A stretch of 64,000 nucleotides of DNA from Hydrogenovibrio sp. (GTDB lineage: Bacteria > Pseudomonadota > Gammaproteobacteria > Thiomicrospirales > Thiomicrospiraceae): NCBI GenBank assembly GCA_965140365.1, contig OZ223196.1; one strand, written 5' to 3'. Under the pieces are notes generated by a model, which worked only from the letters and a program-made list of their open reading frames with translations, was not told the origin of the DNA and searched no databases. Below are positions 1 to 9,201 of this stretch, one piece after another; the stretch's first letter is position 1; each line of letters starts with the position of its first letter. A program made the position numbers and the translations under genes.

Positions 1-880
1 GGCAGCGCACTTGGCGTCCGCCGTCGAGATAGGTGAGTTCGTCGAAACTCAGTTTGTTGGCCATCATAATACCGCGCCCGTGGTTGTCCATGGCACGTTC
101 CAGTGAGAATTCCAGATACTCTTCAAAATCGAAACCTTTTCCCATGTCGGTAATGGTGACGGTCAAAGCGTCCTGATTGCGGCGTAAATCCACGGACACG
201 AATTTGGTCGCATTTTCCGGTAAGGCCAAGCGACGTTTGATTTCGTCGGACAATTGGCATTCCCGAATCAACTCGGTTTTTTCATCGTATGTAATGCCGA
301 GGTTGCCATGTTCAACGGCATTGACCATCAACTCCAGAAAGCCGATGCCGATGCTGTTCGGGTCATCGGTCAGTAAAGCGATGAAGCTGGAGAGGTGCTT
401 AGCTTCGTCAATGGTGCGCACCTCGAAACGACCGTCGGTAATCAGCGGAAAGGCCTTGTGAATGCCTTTGAGGGTGGTCAGGATATCTTTATGATTTTGG
501 AAGTCTTTTAGCGCCGCATTAACAACCGAAATCAAGGTTTCCTTGGTAATTGGTTTGATTAGGTAGTAGAATGCGCCAGCATTAATCCCGCGTTGAATTT
601 CCGCTTCACTATTGGCGGTGGTTTGCAGGATAAAGGGAATTTTTTTGTACTCGGCGTGCTGTTTGAGCTCTTCGAGTAATTGGATGCCGTCTTTATTGGG
701 CATCAGGTAGTCGGAAATGATGCAGTGGAAAAAATCGTGCGGTTTCCGACGGATGAGCTGTGAGGCTTCTTCGCCATCATTGGCCAGGAACAGGTTGACG
801 TCCTCGGTTTTGAGGAAGCTTTGAAGCAGTTTTTGACTGACCAGGTCGTCTTCAACGATCAATAGGTTGGCTTTTTTCAT
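1..880 (-). CDS. response regulator receiver fused to a GHKL/RsbW-like ATPase domain; 3' end runs off the window
   Basis: Manual minus-strand translation from ATG (880-878): MKKANLLIVEDDLVSQKLL...ISDYLMPNKDGIQLLEELK (receiver) then ...LMVNAVEHGNLGI...ITDMGKGFD...HGRGIMMANKL (GHKL N/G boxes). Absent from the ORF track because it is open at the window edge. Confidence 0.75.
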   Translation of the reverse strand, partial: MKKANLLIVEDDLVSQKLLQSFLKTEDVNLFLANDGEEASQLIRRKPHDFFHCIISDYLMPNKDGIQLLEELKQHAEYKKIPFILQTTANSEAEIQRGINAGAFYYLIKPITKETLISVVNAALKDFQNHKDILTTLKGIHKAFPLITDGRFEVRTIDEAKHLSSFIALLTDDPNSIGIGFLELMVNAVEHGNLGITYDEKTELIRECQLSDEIKRRLALPENATKFVSVDLRRNQDALTVTITDMGKGFDFEEYLEFSLERAMDNHGRGIMMANKLSFDELTYLDGGRQVRC

Positions 881-1105
881 GTGCTGGCCTTAATTGACTA
901 ATACCCTTCCGGTTGGTGAATTGTTGGCGGAATACCGAATTTTGGCTAGCTTAACACTTTTCGGGTGAAGGCGACCAGTGATAAATAGGTCGTATTTAGA
1001 CGTAGTGATGAACATGCGTTTGAAAACATTCAAATAAAAGATTGCAATTATTAGGCTTTTTTTGCACTCTTAAAAAAATAACGTGACTGAAAACAGAGAA
1101 AAAAT

Positions 1106-3532
1106 ATGACGAATTTGGTGATAGTGGAGTCTCCCGCTAAAGCTAAGACAATTGAGAAATATCTGGGCAAAGGCTTTACCGTCCGTTCCAGCTATGGCCA
1201 CATCCGCGATATTCAGAAAAAAGGGATGGGCATCGATATCGAGAACGGTTTTCTGCCGAATTATGAAATTTCGCCGGATAAGAAAAAAACCGTCACCGAG
1301 CTGCGCAAACTGACCAAAGATGCGGAAACTGTCTGGCTTGCAACGGATGAGGACCGCGAGGGAGAGGCGATTGCCTGGCACCTTGCGGAAGCCTTGAAAC
1401 TGGATGTGAATACCACGAAACGCATCGTGTTCCATGAAATTACCAAGTCGGCGATTCAAAAAGCGATTGCCGAACCGCGTACGGTGGACATGGATTTGGT
1501 GGAAGCACAGCAGGCCCGGCGAATTCTGGACCGTATCGTGGGCTTTGAACTTTCTCCGATTTTGTGGAAAAAAATCCGCACCGGCTTGTCGGCCGGGCGC
1601 GTGCAATCGGTCGCGGTGCGTTTGATTGTCGAACGTGAGCGTGAAATCGATGCCTTTGAATCGGATTTCGTTTACCGCTTGGCGGGTGAATTGACGATTT
1701 TGGATGACAATCAACAGGCGGTTGGCACGGTTGAAGTCAAGCGCAGTGCGGCGTTCAAAACCGAAGACGAAGCGAAGGCTTACCTGGAACAGGTGAAACA
1801 GGCCGCTTTGTCGGTGGGGCAGCTGGAAGAGAAACCGGCCAAAAAATCCCCGAAGGCACCGTTTACGACTTCCACTTTGCAGCAGGAAGCCTCGTCGAAG
1901 CTCGGTTTTTCCGTTAAGCAGACCATGATGATTGCACAGCGCCTGTACGAGTCCGGGAAAATTACTTATATGCGTACCGACTCGGTGAATTTGTCGGAAG
2001 AAGCCATTGCCAAAGCGCAGCAGACCATTACCGGCGATTACGGTGCGGATTATTCGAACCCGCGCCGTTACAAAACCAAAAATGCCGATGCACAGGAAGC
2101 GCACGAGGCGATTCGTCCGACGGATTTTTCCGTTAAGGAAGTCACTGGCGAACGCAATGAACAGCGTTTGTATCAACTGATTTGGCGTCGCGCGATTGCT
2201 TCGCAAATGTCGGATGCGCAATTGAAGCGTACCAGCGTCGATATCCAAATTTCCAACTTGCCGGATGAAAAGTTAACGGCAAAGGGTGAAGTCATCACCT
2301 TTGACGGGTTTTTGAAAGTCTATAACCTGGACGATGAGGCCAAAGAGGGGCAGTTGCCGCCGTTGAGCATTGGCCAGGCATTGCGTCTGGGGCGTTTGTC
2401 GGTCCGTCAAAGCTTTTCCCGGCCACCGGCGCGCTATAACGAAGCCAGTTTGGTACGCACCTTGGAAGAAATGGGCATCGGGCGGCCTTCGACTTACGCA
2501 CCCACCATCGACACGGTTCAGCAGCGTGGTTATGTGGTGAAGGAAGACCGCGAAGGCCGCCAACGCGATTACCGACAATTGACCTTGTCGGCGGATGGCA
2601 TCGTGGCAGAAGACTTGACCGAGACCACCGGCACCGAGAAAAACAAACTCTTCCCGACTGACATTGCCGGTATCGTCACCGACTTTCTGGTGAAGCATTT
2701 CGGCGATGTGTTGGATTATCAATTCACCGCGTTGGTGGAGTCGGAATTTGACACCATTGCACAGGGGCAGGAATCCTGGCAGGAAATGTTGACTAAGTTC
2801 TACCAACAGTTCCACCCGCGTGTCGATGCGGCGGAAGACGTGTCGCGTGAAGAAGCCGGGCAATCCCGTGCCTTGGGAACCGACCCGAAAACCGGCAAAC
2901 CGATGTTTGTCAAAATCGGGCGTTTCGGCCCTTATGTACAATTGGGCGATGGTGAAAACGACGAAAAGCCGACGTTTGCCAGCCTGATGCCAGGGCAGAA
3001 AATGGACACCTTGAAGCTGGAAGAGGCGTTGGAGCTGTTTAAGTTGCCACGTGAAGTCGGCGAAATGCCGGAATCTTTCTCGGCCAAAGCGGTGGACGGT
3101 ACCGAATTTTTGGTGGAAAAGGGGCAAATTCTGATTGCCAAACAAGGACCTTTCGGGCCTTATTTGGAATACGGTCCGAAAAAATATGCCCCCATTAAAG
3201 GCTTCGATCCGTTGAGCATTACGCTGGAAGAGGCGGCCGCCTTGGTGGAAGCGAAAATTCAAGCCGAAGCGGATAAGATTATTAAGGTCTTTTCGGGCAC
3301 GGATGTGAAAATTCTGAAAGGGCGTTGGGGGCCGTATATTACCGACGTGTCCACCAAGAAAAATGCCAAAATTCAAAAGGATGAAGATGCCTTGGCGTTG
3401 ACGCTGGAAGAGTGCGAGAAGCGTTTGGACGAAGCACCGGAACCGAAAAAGCGGGGCCGTGGTGGCGCGAAAAAAGCGCCGGCGAAAAAGGCGCCCGCCA
3501 AGAAAAGTACTCAGACGAAGGCGAAAAAATAG
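1106..3532 (+). CDS. topA: DNA topoisomerase I
   Basis: 808-aa ORF. It has a Toprim N-terminus (MTNLVIVESPAKAKTIEKYLGK) and the active-site region ITYMRTDS. The C-terminus has GRFGPY/GPFGPY/GRWGPY repeats and a Lys/Ala-rich tail instead of Cys4 zinc ribbons. Confidence 0.93.
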   Translation: MTNLVIVESPAKAKTIEKYLGKGFTVRSSYGHIRDIQKKGMGIDIENGFLPNYEISPDKKKTVTELRKLTKDAETVWLATDEDREGEAIAWHLAEALKLDVNTTKRIVFHEITKSAIQKAIAEPRTVDMDLVEAQQARRILDRIVGFELSPILWKKIRTGLSAGRVQSVAVRLIVEREREIDAFESDFVYRLAGELTILDDNQQAVGTVEVKRSAAFKTEDEAKAYLEQVKQAALSVGQLEEKPAKKSPKAPFTTSTLQQEASSKLGFSVKQTMMIAQRLYESGKITYMRTDSVNLSEEAIAKAQQTITGDYGADYSNPRRYKTKNADAQEAHEAIRPTDFSVKEVTGERNEQRLYQLIWRRAIASQMSDAQLKRTSVDIQISNLPDEKLTAKGEVITFDGFLKVYNLDDEAKEGQLPPLSIGQALRLGRLSVRQSFSRPPARYNEASLVRTLEEMGIGRPSTYAPTIDTVQQRGYVVKEDREGRQRDYRQLTLSADGIVAEDLTETTGTEKNKLFPTDIAGIVTDFLVKHFGDVLDYQFTALVESEFDTIAQGQESWQEMLTKFYQQFHPRVDAAEDVSREEAGQSRALGTDPKTGKPMFVKIGRFGPYVQLGDGENDEKPTFASLMPGQKMDTLKLEEALELFKLPREVGEMPESFSAKAVDGTEFLVEKGQILIAKQGPFGPYLEYGPKKYAPIKGFDPLSITLEEAAALVEAKIQAEADKIIKVFSGTDVKILKGRWGPYITDVSTKKNAKIQKDEDALALTLEECEKRLDEAPEPKKRGRGGAKKAPAKKAPAKKSTQTKAKK

Positions 3533-3569
3533 CCGGTTTTTAACCGAGAATCTTGACGCCTAATTCAAC

Positions 3570-3607
3570 CCAAAACCGACCAGGCCTGGTCGGTTTTGGT
3601 GTTTTTA
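3570..3607 (+). terminator. Rho-independent terminator after topA
   Basis: Perfect 30-nt palindrome ccaaaaccgaccagg|cctggtcggttttgg (3570-3599) followed by a T-rich run tgttttt. It contains the recurrent CCAGGCCTGG core. Confidence 0.8.
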
Positions 3608-3719
3608 TGGCCGGGTTTTCGTTTGGTGATGAATTTTCCGATTGTCGTTTCGATTACAGTAAAATACCCCATAGAATTCAAGAATAACCCCCTACCGTAA
3701 CTAAAGAGATGAAAAGAGC

Positions 3720-5486
3720 ATGAAGCAGCAGGTTGCAGAAATTTTGTCGCAAGTGATTGAGCAGTTGAAACAAGACGGCGTACTGGAGGCGGATTTTCAA
3801 CCCCGCCTAACGGTTGAAAACACCCGAGACAAATCACATGGCGATTTTGCGACCAATCTGGCGATGATGTTGACCAAAGTGGTTGGTCAGCCACCACGCG
3901 CGGTGGCGCAGATGATCATCGATCGCTTGCCGGCGTCCGACTTTGTCGAGAAGGTGGAAATCGCCGGGCCGGGTTTCATCAATTTCTTTGTGCAGGATGC
4001 CGCCAAGTTTGACGTGGTCGAAACCGTGTTGAAAAACGGCGAGGCTTACGGCCAATGCAACGTCGGCCAAGGCCGTTCCGTGTTGGTGGAATATGTGTCC
4101 GCCAATCCGACTGGACCCTTGCACGTCGGACACGGTCGCGGCGCGGCTTATGGCGCTTGTGTGGCGAATTTGCTGTCGGTCGCCGGGTTCAATGTCTCCA
4201 AAGAATATTACGTCAATGATGCTGGTCGTCAAATGGACATACTGGCGGCGTCCACCTGGTTGCGTTATTTGCAGGCCTGTGGCGAAGAGCTGACCTTTCC
4301 GAGCAACGGTTACCAAGGCGATTATATTAATGAAATCGCGCAGACATTGAAGGACGCTGAAGGGGGGCGCTATCAGCGTTCGGCGGAAGACGCCTTTGCG
4401 AATGTTCCGGCGGATGAAGGCGCGGCGGAAGACGGTGACAAAGAAAAACACATTGACGGTTTGATTGAAAATGCCAAAGCGTTGTTGGGGCCGGACGACT
4501 ATCGCGCGGTCTTTGAAGTGGCACTGAACCGTATTCTGGGTGATATTCGTGACGATTTGTCGGGGTTTGGTGTCGAGTTCGACAATTGGTTTTCGGAGCG
4601 CTCTCTGATGGATTCCGGTGTCATTGACGCTGCGTTGGAAAAATTACAGCAAGCTGGCAAAATTTATGAACAAAACGGCGCCTTGTGGTTCCGCTCCACC
4701 GATTACGGTGATGAAAAAGATCGTGTGGTGGTGCGTGAAAACGGGCTGAAAACCTACTTTGCGTCCGACATCGCTTATCATTTTAATAAGCTAGAACGCG
4801 GTTTCGATGTGTTGATTGACATCTGGGGGGCGGACCACCACGGTTATGTGCCGCGAGTTAAAGCGGCGATGCAGGCGCTGGACACCAACCCGGACGCCTT
4901 GGAAGTTTTGTTGGTGCAATTTGCGATTTTATATCGTGGCGGCGAGAAGTTAGCGATGTCGACGCGTTCCGGTCAGTTCGTGACTTTGCGCGAACTGCGA
5001 GACGAGGTGGGGTCGGATGCGGCACGTTTCTTCTACGTACAGCGTAAATCGGAACAGCATATGGATTTCGATTTGGATTTGGCGAAGTCGCAATCCAATG
5101 AAAACCCGGTGTATTACATTCAGTACGCCCACGCGCGGATTTGTCAGGTCATGGCATCCTCCGAGGAACGTGGGTATGTTTATGACCAGGCATCAGGCCT
5201 GGCCAATTTAACGAAACTGGACTCGGAAGCGGAAGCCGATTTGGCAACGCAATTGGCGAAATATCCGGAAATCATCGGCCGGGCGGCTCAGGTTTATGAA
5301 CCGCATCAAATCGCCTATTATTTGAAAGACTTAGCGCATGGGCTGCACTCCTATTACAACGCGACCCCGTTTATCGTGGAGGAGGCCGAGATGCGCAATG
5401 CGCGTTTGACCTTGATTTTGGCTGTGCGTCAGGTGTTGCGAAACGGGTTGGCGTTATTGGGCGTATCGGCACCGGAAAAAATGTGA
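3720..5486 (+). CDS. argS: arginine--tRNA ligase
   Basis: 588-aa ORF with ANPTGPLHVGHGRGA (HIGH-type motif), the KLAMSTRSG region and an anticodon-binding C-terminus typical of ArgS. Confidence 0.92.
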   Translation: MKQQVAEILSQVIEQLKQDGVLEADFQPRLTVENTRDKSHGDFATNLAMMLTKVVGQPPRAVAQMIIDRLPASDFVEKVEIAGPGFINFFVQDAAKFDVVETVLKNGEAYGQCNVGQGRSVLVEYVSANPTGPLHVGHGRGAAYGACVANLLSVAGFNVSKEYYVNDAGRQMDILAASTWLRYLQACGEELTFPSNGYQGDYINEIAQTLKDAEGGRYQRSAEDAFANVPADEGAAEDGDKEKHIDGLIENAKALLGPDDYRAVFEVALNRILGDIRDDLSGFGVEFDNWFSERSLMDSGVIDAALEKLQQAGKIYEQNGALWFRSTDYGDEKDRVVVRENGLKTYFASDIAYHFNKLERGFDVLIDIWGADHHGYVPRVKAAMQALDTNPDALEVLLVQFAILYRGGEKLAMSTRSGQFVTLRELRDEVGSDAARFFYVQRKSEQHMDFDLDLAKSQSNENPVYYIQYAHARICQVMASSEERGYVYDQASGLANLTKLDSEAEADLATQLAKYPEIIGRAAQVYEPHQIAYYLKDLAHGLHSYYNATPFIVEEAEMRNARLTLILAVRQVLRNGLALLGVSAPEKM

Positions 5487-5530
5487 TCATGGACGTCACG
5501 TTCTTTGGTCAGAAGGTAGGATAAACGGTT

Positions 5531-6235
5531 ATGAGGCAATATACTCGGGATTATCGTCATGGTCACAGCCAGACGCGTCAACCGTATCAGCGAAAATCCC
5601 AGATGGCCGAACCGGAAACGGAGGCGCCGCAGACCTCGTCAAAATGGGTGTGGGGGTTGGCTTTGTTGCTGTCCGTGGCCTTGTTTGGCGGTTTTTTCGT
5701 GGTGCAACACTTTGCACATCATGGGGTAAAATCCGAGTCGCCAGTCACGGAGGTTGTTGAAACGGTGACGGAATCGGTGTCGCCGGAACCGCCGGCTGAG
5801 GAATCCGGGGCACTCACTGAGAAGGTCGCAGACGAATCAACGGAAGTGCCTTTGGTCGTGGAAAGTTTGCCGATGGCCAAAGCGCAAGCTGAAGCGGAAA
5901 CGCCGTTGCAATACACTTTTTACGATGGCCTGGCGAAGACTGAAGTGGTGGTGGATGTCGAACCGATTTCCGTAAAACTCAATGCCCCTTATTATATTCA
6001 GGCCGGCACCTTCGGGTCACGAGACATGGCACAAAAAGAACAAGCGCGTTTAAAAACGCACGGTCAGGATTTGACGATTTCGACGGTTACCTGGAAAGGA
6101 CGGGTTTATTATCGTTTAAGAGTTGGGCCTTATGATGACCGCTTGGAAATGAACAAAAAACGTAATGAATTGCGTTCGCTTGGGGTGGATACTCTGCTGA
6201 TTAAATCCCGCCCGAAAACCGATGCGGCCGGGTAA
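5531..6235 (+). CDS. SPOR-domain cell-division protein (FtsN/DedD-like)
   Basis: Basic N-terminus (RDYRHGHSQTRQPYQRK), one TM helix (WVWGLALLLSVALFGGFFVV) and a C-terminal SPOR-like domain (YYIQAGTFGSRDMAQKEQARLK...YYRLRVGPYDD). Confidence 0.75.
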   Translation: MRQYTRDYRHGHSQTRQPYQRKSQMAEPETEAPQTSSKWVWGLALLLSVALFGGFFVVQHFAHHGVKSESPVTEVVETVTESVSPEPPAEESGALTEKVADESTEVPLVVESLPMAKAQAEAETPLQYTFYDGLAKTEVVVDVEPISVKLNAPYYIQAGTFGSRDMAQKEQARLKTHGQDLTISTVTWKGRVYYRLRVGPYDDRLEMNKKRNELRSLGVDTLLIKSRPKTDAAG

Positions 6236-6276
6236 TCCGGGTGGTTGTTCTCACGCGTATTGTATTGACGTTGTCG

Positions 6277-7341
6277 TCAGTCTTGCGCAGCGTTTTCCAC
6301 GTCTTCCAAGTCCTGCTCGGTGACCACCCGATTACGTCCTTGGGTTTTGGCTTTGTAAAGGGCATCATCGGCCCGTTTAATCCAGTCTTCGATGGTTTCC
6401 TGATTTTCGCCACGATAAACCGCTACACCAAAGGACGCGGTGATTTGCCCTAAGTTTTTTTCGGAATCTTTGCGTTTCAATTTAGCGTTTTCAATGCCGT
6501 GCCGGATGTCTTCGGCACGTTGTGCGGCTTGTTCTATGTCGGAATGCGATAACAGCACGGCAAATTCTTCTCCGCCGTAACGGCACAGCGTTTCGGTATC
6601 GCCTTTGGTTTTTTTCATTAAATTGGCGTAATAGCGCAGTACACTGTCGCCGACCAAGTGACCAAAGGTGTCGTTAAAGCGCTTGAAGTGGTCGATATCG
6701 GTGAGAATCAAAGCCAGTTGTTCGGGTGAGTCTTGCGTTTCATCGACCAGGTCGCGAATCGCGTTATTGAAGGCTTTTCGGTTGCCGATTTCGGTCAGTT
6801 CGTCGGTGAGGGTTTCGGCTCGCGCTTCGATGAGTTCTTGGCGAAGACGCAGGATTTCATCGTTGCTGTCCATCATTTCACGATGGAATTCTTCGCTGGA
6901 TTTTTTCATCGAAGAAGCGGTATTTAACACCGAATGGGTGAGTTCTTTCAGTGTTTCCGCATCCATGTCTTGTGTGGACAAGGTATTGGTGTAGCTGTCG
7001 AGCTCCTGCGTGTGCTGTTCGAGTTTGTCGCTCCAGGCGTTCATGCGCTTAACGACCAGATTGATCAGGCGTTTGAAGGCGCGGTCAAAGTCGTTGCCGC
7101 TTTCGTCGTCGGCAAAATACTCATCGTAAAGGCGACGCCCGAGTCGGTCGTTGTAGCCGAATGGGTCTTGTAAGGCATTGTCCATTTCCTGGCGGAATTT
7201 TGGGTGATTGCCTTTGTAGTACTGATACCAGATAAAGTAATTGAGCGGAGTTGGATTGATACCCTGTTCTTCGAAAATATCAATGAGCTGAACGAAAATA
7301 CGTTGAGCCTTTTCGGGGGCGTCTTTAATGTCTAACAACAT
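6277..7341 (-). CDS. diguanylate cyclase (GGDEF domain)
   Basis: 354-aa ORF. The C-terminal half contains DIDHFKRFNDTFGHLVGD and RYGGEEFAVLL (GGEEF active site). Confidence 0.88.
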   Translation of the reverse strand: MLLDIKDAPEKAQRIFVQLIDIFEEQGINPTPLNYFIWYQYYKGNHPKFRQEMDNALQDPFGYNDRLGRRLYDEYFADDESGNDFDRAFKRLINLVVKRMNAWSDKLEQHTQELDSYTNTLSTQDMDAETLKELTHSVLNTASSMKKSSEEFHREMMDSNDEILRLRQELIEARAETLTDELTEIGNRKAFNNAIRDLVDETQDSPEQLALILTDIDHFKRFNDTFGHLVGDSVLRYYANLMKKTKGDTETLCRYGGEEFAVLLSHSDIEQAAQRAEDIRHGIENAKLKRKDSEKNLGQITASFGVAVYRGENQETIEDWIKRADDALYKAKTQGRNRVVTEQDLEDVENAAQD

Positions 7342-7499
7342 CCTGAAATTCCTACCAATCGACTTTGTGGTTTGAAAGCGTTTGTTTGTGTTTGAACTGC
7401 CATTTTACACCAGAATTCCGACCGCGTTCATAGAAAAAAAAGAGCGGATGGAGTATAGTAATTTTTACATATTTGCGGGCAAAATGCCGAGGAGACCCC

Positions 7500-7754
7500 A
7501 TGATTAATCCGAAACACATTGAGTCGCTGGTGGAAAACATCAGCGATATTTTGCCGCCAGGCCTGGGCGAATTGCCGGAAAATGCCAAACAGAATTTGAA
7601 ACAGACGCTGGCCAGTACCCTAGAAAAGATGGACTTGGTATCACGTCAGGAGTTTGATATTCAAGCGGGCGTGTTGGCCAAAACCCGTGCCAAATTAGAG
7701 GCGTTGGAAAAACAGGTGGCCGAATTGGAAGCTAAGCAGTCGGTGGATTCCTAA
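7500..7754 (+). CDS. ubiK: UbiK/YqiC (BMFP) family accessory protein
   Basis: Short coiled-coil protein MINPKHIESLVENISDILPPGL...VSRQEFDIQAGVLAKTRAKLEALEKQVAELE. A GAGGAG RBS lies 6 nt upstream of the ATG at 7500. It sits immediately upstream of comM, as in many gammaproteobacteria. Confidence 0.75.
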   Translation: MINPKHIESLVENISDILPPGLGELPENAKQNLKQTLASTLEKMDLVSRQEFDIQAGVLAKTRAKLEALEKQVAELEAKQSVDS

Positions 7755-7758
7755 GCAC

Positions 7759-8862
7759 ATGACAGTGACGGGCCAATACGCAACGCTGTTATCTCGTGGT
7801 TTGTCCGGCGTACAAGCGCCGGAGGTGCAAATTGAAGTGCATGCCACTAACGGGTTGCCGAGCTTGTCGATTGTCGGATTGCCGGAAGCATCGGTTAAGG
7901 AAAGTAAAGACCGGGTACGCAGTGCGGTGATGGGGGCCGGGTTTCAATTGCCGCCGAAGCGGATGACCATTAACCTAGCACCAGCCGATATTCCTAAGCA
8001 GGGTGGGCGTTATGACTTGCCGATCGCCTTGGGTATTTTGGTGGCGACAGGTCAGCTTGCACCTGTCCGAGACTTATCAACACTGGAGTGGTTTGGCGAG
8101 CTGGGCTTAAACGGTGCTTTGCGCCCGGTTCCCGGTGTTTTACCGGCCGTGATGCAAGCGGCTCAGGCCGGGCGTACGGTCGTGGTGCCCATGGCGAATT
8201 TAGCCGAAGCGAGTCTGGTGGAAGGGGTGCGGGTATTGGGTGCGGAGAACCTATTGTCGGTGTGCCATTACCTGGCGGACAATCGTGCCGAATTACAGGC
8301 ACCGGAAACCGTTGACTTTACTTCCGCTTCTTACCTGGAAGACATGGCCGATATTCGCGGACAACAGCAGGCCAAGCGTTTGTTGGAAATTTGTGCAAGC
8401 GGGGGACATTCTTTGTTAATGGTTGGGCCGCCGGGGTCGGGCAAAAGCATGCTGGCCTCGCGGTTGGTAACGCTGTTGCCGGATTTGCCTTTGGAACATG
8501 CGATCGAGGTGGCGTCCGTGCATTCGGTCGCCGGTAAAACGGTGGAAGTGGATCGTTTTCGGCAGCGGCAACTGGTTCAACCGCATCACACCGCGACGGC
8601 CGCCGCCATGGTAGGCGGTGGTTCGGGCTCCAACCCTAAGCCGGGTGCGGTGTCGTTGGCGCATCGTTCGATTTTGTTTTTGGATGAATTGCCGGAGTTT
8701 AATCGAGCCGTGCTGGAAGCTTTGCGGGAGCCGTTGGAAACCGGTCGCGTGGAAATTGCTCGCGTGAACCAACAAGTGACCTATCCGGCCAGAGTGCAAC
8801 TGGTGTGCGCCATGAATCCAACGCCATCCGGATTTTTCCCAGACGATGCTTTGGGACGCTGT
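7759..8862 (+). pseudogene. comM: comM (yifB) Mg-chelatase-like AAA+ competence protein, 5' part, interrupted by the transposon
   Basis: N-terminal Lon-like/ChlI domain, Walker A MVGPPGSGKSMLASRL and Walker B ILFLDELPEF. The frame runs into the transposon end, where the ORF stops after 2 extra codons (8868). Confidence 0.9.
8858..8862. repeat. target-site duplication copy 1 (GCTGT)
   Basis: GCTGT immediately precedes the TGTTAACT transposon terminus. The same pentamer follows the other terminus at 33974-33978. Confidence 0.8.
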
Positions 8863-8868
8863 TGTTAA

Positions 8869-8927
8869 CTACAAAATTATTTGATAATTACAAAATTAAA
8901 TGAGAATCTACAAAATTAAATGATAAT
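8869..8927 (+). repeat. left-end TnsB-binding-type repeats (3 tightly packed copies)
   Basis: tacaaaattatttgataat (8870-8888), tacaaaattaaatgagaat (8889-8907) and tacaaaattaaatgataat (8909-8927). Confidence 0.75.
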
Positions 8928-9201
8928 GAAGTTTCTTTCAAGGCAGTAAAAGTAACAAACTTCAAATATTCTCTTTTGATTCTTAACTGTATTTTTATGT
9001 ATTAATGGATGTTATTAAACTTTTAGGTAAAGGACTGTCTATAAAGTTGTTTCAAAATAATCTCCTGCCATGAAATTTCTGAATACAAGCAGTTTACTTG
9101 TATTGAACGCAAGCAATTTACTTGTATTGGCGCAAGCGTTTTGCTTGCGAAACGCTTTTTGCCTGTTGATAAGGGTGTTTTAGGTAAAGGAGAAAGTTTG
9201 A

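Noticed and set aside
1070-3376. Long antisense ORFs (392 aa and 367 aa) opposite topA. Similar ones lie opposite other core genes, e.g. 49015-49707, 50273-50953, 54546-55220, 56312-57067, 60078-60746, 61333-62151 and 63250-63978.
   Set aside because: Their translations are low-complexity, R/G/F/L-rich and without motifs. Each lies entirely within a well-supported sense gene. They are shadow ORFs produced by codon bias on the opposite strand.
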